NCBI GenBank assembly: GCA_963772455.1
Contig: CAVYXJ010000007.1
Coordinates: 422,579-486,578, forward strand
DNA length: 64,000 bases
Origin: Candidatus Bathyarchaeota archaeon
Lineage (GTDB): Archaea > Thermoproteota > Bathyarchaeia > Bathyarchaeales > Bathycorpusculaceae
Direction: 5' to 3'
Part shown: positions 30,776 through 39,708 of the stretch, one piece after another
Layout: every line of letters starts with the position of its first letter
Position numbering within the stretch: position 1 is the stretch's first letter
Notes under the pieces: generated by a model
The model's database searches: none
The model's input: the letters and a program-made list of their open reading frames with translations, nothing else
What the model was told of the DNA's origin: nothing
Translations under genes and position numbers: made by a program

Positions 30776-31540
30776 ATGAGTAAATATTATTTTCCTAATG
30801 GCATGAGATACGCTACTTTGGAAGAAAGAAAACAGTTCTATGCTGACGAATTTAGTCCTAAAAAGATTGTTGAGTGGTTTAAGGGCGGGTTTGGCAACAT
30901 AAAATTTGCGGTAATTATAGGCAGGCATACAAAGATTTTTCCCGAGAAATACAAAGATGATGCTTTGACTACAATAATAATTGATGATTACAAAAACTTA
31001 GAAGACCTTCGTCAGCAAATCCTTGAATTCCTACCTGAAGCAGTATATTATGATCGAAATATATACGATTCAAACAACCATAAACTCGGTCAAGAATTAG
31101 CTTTTGATCTTGACCCAGAAAACATAACATGCCCTATTCACGGAACTTTAGCGGATAAAATGAAGCGCCAACAGGGATTAAGTTTCTGCGAAGTTGAACT
31201 TGACATGGCTAAAAGGGAAGCAATTGGACTTTATGATTTTTTGGAGACACGATTTTCTGATTTAAAAGTTGTATACTCGGGTAGAGGCTACCACTTGCAC
31301 GTTTTAGACAAAAAAGCGTTCTCAATGAAGACTAAAGAGAGGCACGACATTGCTCAGAAAGCAAAAAAAGAAGGTTTTCATATTGATGAATGGGTAACCT
31401 CAGGCGAATACCGTTTAATTCGATTACCATTTAGCCTCAACGGATTAGTGTCAAGAATCACGTTACCACTAAAAAAGGATGAATTGGAAAGCTTTAACCC
31501 CGTTCTTGATGAACGGTGCTTACCAAAATTTCTAAACTAA
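30776..31540 (+). CDS. Archaeo-eukaryotic primase (PriS-like) protein
   Basis: ELAFDLD, YSGRGYHLH, IDEWVT, RLIRLPFSLNG. Confidence 0.8.
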   Translation: MSKYYFPNGMRYATLEERKQFYADEFSPKKIVEWFKGGFGNIKFAVIIGRHTKIFPEKYKDDALTTIIIDDYKNLEDLRQQILEFLPEAVYYDRNIYDSNNHKLGQELAFDLDPENITCPIHGTLADKMKRQQGLSFCEVELDMAKREAIGLYDFLETRFSDLKVVYSGRGYHLHVLDKKAFSMKTKERHDIAQKAKKEGFHIDEWVTSGEYRLIRLPFSLNGLVSRITLPLKKDELESFNPVLDERCLPKFLN

Positions 31541-31544
31541 GAAG

Positions 31545-31637
31545 CTACTTTTTTACTTCTTTTGCTTTCTTTTCTTTTTTACTATAGTATGCTTGTTTTT
31601 TCTTATCTTCTTCTGCTTTAGTCGGTTTTTTGGCCAT
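31545..31637 (-). CDS. Candidate 30-aa lysine-rich small protein
   Basis: MAKKPTKAEEDKKKQAYYSKKEKKAKEVKK*; AGGGA RBS and upstream TTTTAA. Confidence 0.5.
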   Translation of the reverse strand: MAKKPTKAEEDKKKQAYYSKKEKKAKEVKK

Positions 31638-31754
31638 AAAAATTCCCTAAAAAATAGTATCTTGGAGACCCTTAAAAGTTTTTTTCAACAATAGATGTCT
31701 TGAAAAGTTTATTTGGGTTCAATTGTTCAGTTTAAGATGCGTTGAGGCTTACAA

Positions 31755-33131
31755 ATGGAGCAATTTGATGTTTTAGTTATCGGTTCAGGTTCAGGAATGC
31801 TTGTTGCTGGAGCAACTGTAGATCGAGGATTTAAGGTAGCATTAATTGAGCAAGGCAAAATGGGAGGAACCTGCATAAACGTTGGGTGTGTACCATCGAA
31901 GATGCTGATTTATCCCGCAGACGTCGTTACTACGCTCAAGGAAACTAACAAATTAGGCATCCAAACCAAGGTAGATTCTATTGACTTCAATAATATAATG
32001 TACAGGATGCATGAGCTTGTTAATCATGACACTGGAGTTCAATCAGCAGCAGTGGAAATGACACCTAACATGACGTGGTTTAAACAACGAGGCGAATTTA
32101 TTTCTGATTACACTGTGCAAGTGGGTGAACATACGATTAGCGCAAAAGTGATTTTCATCGTTTCAGGCGCACGCTCTGCTGTCCCATTGATTAAAGGCTT
32201 AGAAAACGTTAGTTACCTAACGAGTGACTCGGTTTTAGAATTACAAACGCAACCGAAAAACATCATTATCGTGGGCGGGGGCTACATTGGAATGGAGTAT
32301 GGGCACTTCTTCTCGGCGATTGGGACCAAAACCACGATAATCCAGCGTCCCTACCGAGTTGTCCCTGAAGAGGAACCAGAAATTAGCGATTTACTAAAAA
32401 AAGAGTTGGAAAAACGGATGGAAATCTTCACTGGTTACGAAGCCTTAGAAGTCAAACAAGAAGGCACAAATAAGATCATTATAGCCAAAAACCGCCAAGA
32501 TGAGAGCACACGAGAATTTTCAGCTGAAGCTATAATGGTTGCAACTGGCAGAGTATCCAACGCCAACTTGCTGAAACCTGAAAAAACAGGCGTAAAACTC
32601 GACGACCATGGCTTCATCCAAGTCAACGAATATCTAGAAACGAGCAAAAAGAACATTTTTGCATTTGGCGATTGCATAGGCAAACAAATGTTCAAACACG
32701 TAGCTAATTATGAGGCAGGAGTGGCGTGGCACAATGCAGTCAATGATCACAAAGCAAAAGTGGATTTTTCAGCTGCTCCCCACGCTGTGTTTACTCACCC
32801 TCAGGTTGCCTCTGTCGGTTTAAAGGAGGAAGAAGCTAAGAAGAAGTACAAGATTATGGTTGGATTATCACTCTACAAAGAGACAGCGATGGGCGCGGCG
32901 ATGGGTTTTCCTGAAGGTTTTGTGAAAGTCATCGTTGAACAAAAAACAAACAAAATCCTAGGCGCACACATTGTAGGTCCTGAAGCCTCGGTGCTTATTC
33001 AGGAAATCGTCAACGCAATGGTCTCGGGAAAAGGAGATTTTACCCCAATATCTCAAGGCATACACATTCATCCAGCCTTAAATGAAGTTGTTCAGAATGC
33101 TTTTGGAAACCTACATCAACATGAACACTAA
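31755..33131 (+). CDS. Class I pyridine nucleotide-disulfide oxidoreductase (dihydrolipoamide dehydrogenase / mycothione reductase-like)
   Basis: GSGSG, GGTCINVGCVPSK, GGGYIG, HIHPALNE. Confidence 0.88.
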   Translation: MEQFDVLVIGSGSGMLVAGATVDRGFKVALIEQGKMGGTCINVGCVPSKMLIYPADVVTTLKETNKLGIQTKVDSIDFNNIMYRMHELVNHDTGVQSAAVEMTPNMTWFKQRGEFISDYTVQVGEHTISAKVIFIVSGARSAVPLIKGLENVSYLTSDSVLELQTQPKNIIIVGGGYIGMEYGHFFSAIGTKTTIIQRPYRVVPEEEPEISDLLKKELEKRMEIFTGYEALEVKQEGTNKIIIAKNRQDESTREFSAEAIMVATGRVSNANLLKPEKTGVKLDDHGFIQVNEYLETSKKNIFAFGDCIGKQMFKHVANYEAGVAWHNAVNDHKAKVDFSAAPHAVFTHPQVASVGLKEEEAKKKYKIMVGLSLYKETAMGAAMGFPEGFVKVIVEQKTNKILGAHIVGPEASVLIQEIVNAMVSGKGDFTPISQGIHIHPALNEVVQNAFGNLHQHEH

Positions 33132-33192
33132 TTTGAATAATCTAAACAGTTATATTTGGCTTAAAGCAAATTTTATTGGTGAGATTTTTAGA

Positions 33193-33477
33193 ATGCAATT
33201 CATTAAAGTTTCTGGTACAAAAAAAAACCATAAAGTCAACGTTTATGCTTTGAGCACTTGCGTTTGGTGCAAAATGACAAAACAATATCTTAACGAAAAT
33301 GGCGTTGAATACGAATACGTTGATGTTGACTTACTCGAGGACAATGATAAAAGCAGGGTTCATTCAACCATCATCAGCAAAGGTGGCACCTTAAGCTACC
33401 CCACAACTATAATAGATGACAAAACCCTAATTATGGGTTACCGCAAAGACCTGCTCAAAGAGGCTCTGGGTCTTTGA
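33193..33477 (+). CDS. Glutaredoxin-like protein
   Basis: ALSTCVWC, SYPT cis-Pro motif; start placed at MQFIKV. Confidence 0.85.
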   Translation: MQFIKVSGTKKNHKVNVYALSTCVWCKMTKQYLNENGVEYEYVDVDLLEDNDKSRVHSTIISKGGTLSYPTTIIDDKTLIMGYRKDLLKEALGL

Positions 33478-34037
33478 CTACCCTTGAACAGGTTCGCAAG
33501 AGAGCAGAAGCTGACGCAAAAACATACGGTTATTTTCTCACGCCTCAAAGTGACCTTTTACAAATGTTTATTGAGGGATTAAAGACAAATGAGGACCGCT
33601 ATGGATACCCATCTTGCCCTTGTAGACTAGCCACAAGCAACTTTGAGATTGATCGAGACATCATTTGTCCCTGCGACTACCGCGATCCCGACGTGGCCCA
33701 ATATGGTGCATGCTATTGTCGATTATACGTTAATAAAACCGTTTTTGATAGCCAAAATCTACCTGAAGTTCCAGAACGTCGACCCATCCAAAAACAAGAA
33801 AGAGCTTACGGACCACAAATAACTAAACAAACAGTAGCCCAAACTCCTCAAGAAAAACCAACACAACTAGTTATAGCCCCTCAAACGCAAAAGACAGAGA
33901 TAAAAAAGAAGATGTGGTACTGCAAACAATGCGGCTATGTCGTATATCGTGAAGATCCGCCGTATATTTGCCCAATCTGCAAAGCAAAAAAAGAAATGTT
34001 CGCAGAAATAGAAGCCAAAGTTGAATTCAAAGGCTAA
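33474..34037 (+). CDS. Ferredoxin-thioredoxin reductase catalytic subunit fused to a rubredoxin-like domain
   Basis: CPCR, ICPC, CYCRLY; C-terminal CKQCG...CPIC. Confidence 0.88.
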   Translation: MTTLEQVRKRAEADAKTYGYFLTPQSDLLQMFIEGLKTNEDRYGYPSCPCRLATSNFEIDRDIICPCDYRDPDVAQYGACYCRLYVNKTVFDSQNLPEVPERRPIQKQERAYGPQITKQTVAQTPQEKPTQLVIAPQTQKTEIKKKMWYCKQCGYVVYREDPPYICPICKAKKEMFAEIEAKVEFKG

Positions 34038-34187
34038 TTATTTTTCTATTTCGATTTCAATTTTTTTCCAATCCTCTTTTATTCCGCGCAGAGAAGTTAC
34101 AGCACCAGTTACAGTTCCGCTCATGATCTTTTCGACAAATTCATTTAGAGGAATTTCTTTACCATCCACTTTTAGTTTTAGACCCAT
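34038..34187 (-). CDS. 49-aa protein resembling the MobB C-terminal domain (not in ORF track)
   Basis: MGLKLKVDGKEIPLNEFVEKIMSGTVTGAVTSLRGIKEDWKKIEIEIEK*; GGTGA RBS. Confidence 0.7.
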   Translation of the reverse strand: MGLKLKVDGKEIPLNEFVEKIMSGTVTGAVTSLRGIKEDWKKIEIEIEK

Positions 34188-34387
34188 TTTTATCACCTAA
34201 GAGTTATTATGAAGTAAATAGATTGAGGGTAAAAAGTTTTGTTCAAATAATATAGATCCCGATTAAAAATTAAGCCAGAATTTTCCTATACATTGTCCAG
34301 TATACAAAAGCATCTCCCAACTCACTCAAAACTTTTTAGTTACCCTAATCAATATAAATCAATCAGACTTCTTGGGGAACGACAATT

Positions 34388-35047
34388 TTGAAAAAACCAG
34401 AAATTTACCTTGAACCAAAACATCGAGTAGAAAAAATAATCGAAATTCTTGAAATACAATATCCAAGTGCTAAAACAGCCCTAAACTTCACCAACCCATT
34501 GGAAATTCTGGTAGCCACAATTCTCTCAGCTCAGACAACTGACATAACAGTTAATGCAGTAACAAAAGAGTTGTTCAAGAGATACCAGAATGCTGAAGAC
34601 TACGCTAATGCGAACATAGAAGAGTTGGAGCAAGTCGTTCACTCCACTGGTTTTTACCATAACAAAGCCAAAAACATTCAGAAATGCTGTCAACTTCTTG
34701 TAGAAAAATTTCATTCCCAGGTCCCAAAGACTATGGAGGAATTGTTGGAGCTTCCAGGAGTTGCTCGCAAAACCGCGAACATTGTTTTATACAATGCATT
34801 TGGAGTAACTGCTGGCATAGCAATTGACACTCATGTAACTAGGCTTTCGCAAAGACTTGGATTAACCCAGCAAAAAGACCAAAACAAAATAGAAAAGGAT
34901 CTAATGCAGATTACGCCCAAAGAGAAGTGGATGCCCCTTACTGATTTGTTAATTTTTCACGGCAGAAAAGTATGCAATGCCAAAAAACCTCATTGTGAAG
35001 TCTGCGTCTTAAACAAGATTTGTCCCTCAGCCTTCACTTTCAATTAG
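34388..35047 (+). CDS. nth: Endonuclease III
   Basis: ILSAQTTD, LPGVARKTAN HhH, IDTHV, C-x6-C-x2-C-x5-C. Confidence 0.93.
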   Translation: MKKPEIYLEPKHRVEKIIEILEIQYPSAKTALNFTNPLEILVATILSAQTTDITVNAVTKELFKRYQNAEDYANANIEELEQVVHSTGFYHNKAKNIQKCCQLLVEKFHSQVPKTMEELLELPGVARKTANIVLYNAFGVTAGIAIDTHVTRLSQRLGLTQQKDQNKIEKDLMQITPKEKWMPLTDLLIFHGRKVCNAKKPHCEVCVLNKICPSAFTFN

Positions 35048-35102
35048 GCATTAATAATTTATGCGAGCTTTTTCTTTCTATTTGCAGTAACGACTGATTT
35101 TT

Positions 35103-35219
35103 GTGGTAAACCAAGTTAAAGTTGGAGATATGGCACCTGATTTCACTTTGCCTGATATAGATAAGAAAACTAAAAGTGTTCATGATTTTCCGGAATAAAA
35201 AGTTGTTTTTCACTACTAA
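35103..35219 (+). pseudogene. Truncated peroxiredoxin (AhpC/BCP) N-terminal remnant
   Basis: MVNQVKVGDMAPDFTLPDIDKKTKSVHDFPE*KVVFHY*; the rest of the domain is absent. Confidence 0.7.
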
Positions 35220-35256
35220 TAGCACTATAAGAAACTAATTTACAAAAGAAGAGAAA

Positions 35257-36417
35257 TTAAAAGGCTCTCGCTATCCTATTACAAGCTTCAACAATCTGTT
35301 CTTTGGGTTGCGTAAAGGTTATTCTTGCATATCCTTCACCATATTTTCCAAAACCATCACCAGGCGTCACTGCCACACCTACATCAAGCAATTTTGCAAC
35401 GAATTTCATTGAGTCGCATTTACAATTTACCCAAACATAGAAGGTTGCTTTCGGTTTTTCAACTTCATAACCCAGCTTGCAAAGTGTGCTAACGAGTAAA
35501 TCTCGACGTTCCTGCAAAGTCGCGTTGTTTTGTTTAAGGAAATCAGGAGGTTCGGCAGTTTTATAGGATGAAAGCGCTTTTTGAGCAACTTTTTGAATGT
35601 AAACAGGTGGTCCGCTGTCTATTTGGGTTTTTACTTTAGTTAAACCATTAACAAGCTGCTTATTTCCAACTGCAAAACCAATCCGATCACCCGTCATGTT
35701 AAAAGTTTTCGAAAGCGAATGAAACTCGATAGCAACATCCATGCCACCATCAATTTCAAGTATGCTCGGAGCGCGATAACCATCGTAAGTGACTTCTGAA
35801 TAAGCATTATCATAGCACAGCATCAACTTGTTGTCTTTGGCGAAATCAACAGCTTCCTTGAGAAATTTCTTGTCTATTGTTGCAGCTGTTGGGTTATTTG
35901 GGTAATTTAGAAACATCATCTTTGCATTGTCGATTTTGATTGCATCAAAATCGGGTTTAAAATCGTTCCCTTCCAATAATGGCATTGGCACAATTATACC
36001 GTCGCAAAGGATTGTGCTACCCTGAGCGTAAACGGGATAAGCTGGATCAGGTACCAAAACGCGATCACCTGGGTTAATAAATGCTCTGGCAATGTTAGCT
36101 ATGCCCTCCTTCGAGCCCAAAAGCGCTACAACTTGGTCCTGATATAAGTCCAGATTAAAACGTTTCTTGCACCATGCTGTGACTGCATCTCTGAAGTCTG
36201 GTTCACCTTGACTAAAAGAATAATTATGATTCTTACGGTCGCCTGCTTCTTCTTTGAGTGATTCAATGATGAATGGTGGAGGTGGAAGATCAGGGTCACC
36301 AATACTTAGCGATATCAGGTCAATACCACATAACTTCTTTTCTCGAGTAAGTTTTTCAAGTTCGGCAAATAGGTATGGTGGTAATCTTTTAATTCGGTCT
36401 GCATACTCAAATGTCAT
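35257..36417 (-). CDS. dapL: LL-diaminopimelate aminotransferase
   Basis: LPPYLF, LLGSKEG, NYPNNPT, SLSKTFNMTG; last gene of the dap operon. Confidence 0.85.
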   Translation of the reverse strand: MTFEYADRIKRLPPYLFAELEKLTREKKLCGIDLISLSIGDPDLPPPPFIIESLKEEAGDRKNHNYSFSQGEPDFRDAVTAWCKKRFNLDLYQDQVVALLGSKEGIANIARAFINPGDRVLVPDPAYPVYAQGSTILCDGIIVPMPLLEGNDFKPDFDAIKIDNAKMMFLNYPNNPTAATIDKKFLKEAVDFAKDNKLMLCYDNAYSEVTYDGYRAPSILEIDGGMDVAIEFHSLSKTFNMTGDRIGFAVGNKQLVNGLTKVKTQIDSGPPVYIQKVAQKALSSYKTAEPPDFLKQNNATLQERRDLLVSTLCKLGYEVEKPKATFYVWVNCKCDSMKFVAKLLDVGVAVTPGDGFGKYGEGYARITFTQPKEQIVEACNRIARAF

Positions 36418-36420
36418 TTG

Positions 36421-37254
36421 TTATAACTCCTTGAATAGTGTGCCCTCGTAAACTTTCTCGGCTGGGCCTATTAGGAGAACAGTTTTATCTACTTCAACTT
36501 GCAAGTTGCCGCCGAGCACATGAACAGTGACGTTGTTACCGACTTTTCCAAGTTTATTTGCAGCTACCACTGCAGCGCAGGTTCCAGTGCCGCATGCCAA
36601 GGTTTCTCCGCAGCCACGTTCCCAAACTCGAACATTCATCTCGTTCTTGTTGAGGACCTCAACAAAACCTACGTTGGTTCGATTCGGGAAAGCTTTATGA
36701 TTTTCAATTTTTGAACCGATTTCTTCAACTGGAAAACAATCAATGCAGTCAACAAAGATTACACAATGAGGGTTACCCAGTGAAAGACATGTTACCTTGA
36801 ACTTTTCACCGCCAACATCAAGGTCCGCGTCAATGCATGTACCCTCCCCTTTCATTGGTAGGCTGCTTCGTTCCCAATTCGGCTCACCCATGTCTACCTT
36901 AACAGCGACAACTGCTCTCCTCTTAATGGTTAACCAAACATGTTTAATGCCTGATAACGTCTCAACTGAAAACTCAGCACTCTCAGTTATGCTGTTTTCG
37001 TAACAGTACTTGCTGAAGCATCGGATACCGTTTCCACACATTTCTGCTTCACTACCGTCTGAGTTGAAAATCCGCATCTTCACATCAGCAATTGTTGATT
37101 TAGAAACGAACAAAAGTCCATCAGCTCCAACCGAGAAGCGCCTTTCACAAAGTTTCTTTGCCAACTTAGCAGAATAAGCATCATTGATTTTTTTGTCTCT
37201 GTTGTCAATAACTATGTAATCATTGCCTAATCCGTGCATTTTCCAAAAATTCAT
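36421..37254 (-). CDS. dapF: Diaminopimelate epimerase
   Basis: KMHGLGND, EMCGNG, GNPH, WERG, ACGTG. Confidence 0.95.
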   Translation of the reverse strand: MNFWKMHGLGNDYIVIDNRDKKINDAYSAKLAKKLCERRFSVGADGLLFVSKSTIADVKMRIFNSDGSEAEMCGNGIRCFSKYCYENSITESAEFSVETLSGIKHVWLTIKRRAVVAVKVDMGEPNWERSSLPMKGEGTCIDADLDVGGEKFKVTCLSLGNPHCVIFVDCIDCFPVEEIGSKIENHKAFPNRTNVGFVEVLNKNEMNVRVWERGCGETLACGTGTCAAVVAANKLGKVGNNVTVHVLGGNLQVEVDKTVLLIGPAEKVYEGTLFKEL

Positions 37255-37258
37255 ATAT

Positions 37259-38542
37259 TCACTCCGCCGTCCGCTGACTAGACATCAAGTCACTCAACTG
37301 TTCACGTTGCCTAACTACCAAAGCTTTACCTTGTCTTATCATTACTTCTGCCGCTCTTGGGCGAGAGTTATATTGTGAACTCATACTGAAACCATATGCG
37401 CCAGCATTAAGTACAGCTAGCAAATCACCTTCCTCAACAATTGGAAACGGTCGGTCTTTAGCTAATAAATCTCCAGACTCGCAGATTGGACCCACCACAT
37501 CATAAGTTTCTTTATCAGCCTGAGCAACCTTGTTGGCGACCAGGATTGGATGATACGAGCCATACATTGTTGGCCGCACAAGTGTGTTGAAGCCTGCATC
37601 AACACCAACAAACTTTTTTGAGGGTGTCGTCTTGATGGTGTTAACAGTTGTTAGCAGAACACTTGCGTCGCAGACAAGGTATCTTCCTGGTTCGACACAT
37701 AAGAACGGCTTACCAAGACCATATTCTTTTAATTTATTTTTAAATGGAGCGACAATTTTATTGGAGAATTCGGTTAAGTCTATAGGTTTGTCTTCTAGTT
37801 TATATGGAACTCCGAGTCCGCCGCCGATATCAATGAATTCAAACTCAATGCCCACTTCATCGTGGACTCGCTTGGCTATGCTAAGGAGTTTTTCCACAGC
37901 TATCACGTACGGTTCAATATCTAATATGCCTGAGCCAATATGCATGTGAATGCCAAAGCGTTCAACTCTTGCCCTTTTAGCTGTTGTATAAGCCTTTATG
38001 GCTTCTTCTTCCCAGAGCCCAAACTTCGATTCTGGACCTGCAGTTATGCAGTGACTATGATGACCGGCACCAATTTCAGGATTAACACGAACCGAAATGA
38101 CGGGTGGCACGCTAAACTTAAGTAACCTATCTAACTCTGACTGGGAATCTACGTTTACAGTGATATTTGCGTCTACTAACATTTTTAATTCGTCGTTTCT
38201 TACGCTAGTGCCAGTAAATAAAATCCGGTCAGGTGTGTACCCACTACTAAGTCCCATGAACACTTCGCCTGGACTCACTGTATCTAAGTAAGCTCCTTCT
38301 GACTGTAGAATTCTTAGAATAGTCAGGTTACTATTGGCTTTGGCCGCATAATAGATGCGCAAATGCTTGTAATTACTAATTAAAGCATTGTGAAGGCGGT
38401 TGTAGTTGTCTCTAATACGTTTCTCGCTAATCACATACAATGGTGTATCGTATTTTTCAGCTAATTCTTTAACAGAAAAGCCATCAAAGAAAAGGCTACC
38501 TTTTCGGTCTTCTAAAGGTTCACGAAGCTTTCTTTTCACCAT
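37259..38542 (-). CDS. lysA: Diaminopimelate decarboxylase
   Basis: YAAKAN, HMHIGS, EPGR, GPICESGD, YNSRPR. Confidence 0.95.
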   Translation of the reverse strand: MVKRKLREPLEDRKGSLFFDGFSVKELAEKYDTPLYVISEKRIRDNYNRLHNALISNYKHLRIYYAAKANSNLTILRILQSEGAYLDTVSPGEVFMGLSSGYTPDRILFTGTSVRNDELKMLVDANITVNVDSQSELDRLLKFSVPPVISVRVNPEIGAGHHSHCITAGPESKFGLWEEEAIKAYTTAKRARVERFGIHMHIGSGILDIEPYVIAVEKLLSIAKRVHDEVGIEFEFIDIGGGLGVPYKLEDKPIDLTEFSNKIVAPFKNKLKEYGLGKPFLCVEPGRYLVCDASVLLTTVNTIKTTPSKKFVGVDAGFNTLVRPTMYGSYHPILVANKVAQADKETYDVVGPICESGDLLAKDRPFPIVEEGDLLAVLNAGAYGFSMSSQYNSRPRAAEVMIRQGKALVVRQREQLSDLMSSQRTAE

Positions 38543-38583
38543 TCCAAATACACCTGACTCGAGTCTATTTGTTAGAACAACAT

Positions 38584-39642
38584 TTAAGCTAGACCAGTAG
38601 CCACATACAATTCAGCGCTCAATATACCTCCGCCTGCAGCGCCACGAACAGTATTGTGTCCAAGGCACATGTACTTGAAGGTCATAATCGGATCTTTACG
38701 AATTCTACCAACGACAACGTTCATCCCGTAGCCTGAATCCCTATCAAAGCGTGGTTGAGGTCGATTTTTTTCGTGTCTAACAATGATTGGGTTTGCCGGA
38801 GCAGACGGTAACTTGAGAAGTTGCGGTGCTCCTTTGAAATCCTCAAAGGCTGCCTCGATTTGCTCAATTGAGGGATCTTGGTCAAGCTTTACAAATATTG
38901 ATTCCAAGTGTCCATCTTTTACTTGGACACGATTGCAGCTTGCTGAAATCTGGAAATCCGCATTTTGGACACCTCGTCCAGTGTAGGTTCCTAGAATCTT
39001 TAGTGCTTCCGTTTCCATCTTATCTTCTTCGCCGGAAATAAATGGAATTACATTATCAATTATATCCAACGAAGCAACTCCAGGGTATCCTGCACCGCTC
39101 AACGCCTGCATAGTTGTTACAACAACCTGCTTTAATCCAAATTGCATTAGTGGTTTTAACGTAATCGCCATTTGGATAGTGCTACAATTTGGGTCAGTAG
39201 AGATAAATCCTTTCCAACCCCTAAGTTGTTGTTGAAATTTAATTAACTCGGAGTGGTCTGGATTGACTTCTGGAATTATAAGTGGCACATCTTTTTCCAT
39301 TCGGTGTGCACTTGCCTTGCTAAAAACCGGATACATGGCCGCAAATTCTGATTCAACTGCGCCAGCCAAATCTCCAGGCATTGATGAGAAAACCAAGTCA
39401 ATGTCACCTGCTTTTTCTACAGATGCCACGTCAGCACTAACTACCGGCATTTCAGCAATTTCAATGGGTAGGTTAGATTCCATTAGCCAGTTGCAGGCAT
39501 CTTTGTATTTTTTGCCTGCTGAACGCTCTGAAGCGGCAAGCACCTCAATTTCAAACCACGGATGTCCCTGTAAGAGTTGAATGTACCGTTGTCCAACGGC
39601 ACCAGTTGCGCCCAAAATAGCGACTTTACGTTTATTCGGCAT
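38584..39642 (-). CDS. asd: Aspartate-semialdehyde dehydrogenase
   Basis: LGATGAVGQ, PNCST, QALSGAG, HNTVRGAA. Confidence 0.93.
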   Translation of the reverse strand: MPNKRKVAILGATGAVGQRYIQLLQGHPWFEIEVLAASERSAGKKYKDACNWLMESNLPIEIAEMPVVSADVASVEKAGDIDLVFSSMPGDLAGAVESEFAAMYPVFSKASAHRMEKDVPLIIPEVNPDHSELIKFQQQLRGWKGFISTDPNCSTIQMAITLKPLMQFGLKQVVVTTMQALSGAGYPGVASLDIIDNVIPFISGEEDKMETEALKILGTYTGRGVQNADFQISASCNRVQVKDGHLESIFVKLDQDPSIEQIEAAFEDFKGAPQLLKLPSAPANPIIVRHEKNRPQPRFDRDSGYGMNVVVGRIRKDPIMTFKYMCLGHNTVRGAAGGGILSAELYVATGLA

Positions 39643-39708
39643 GGGTGTTTCTTCCTTTTCTCTTTTCACTCTGTTCTTGCTTCATAAAAAAGTTAATGGT
39701 TTTTCAAG

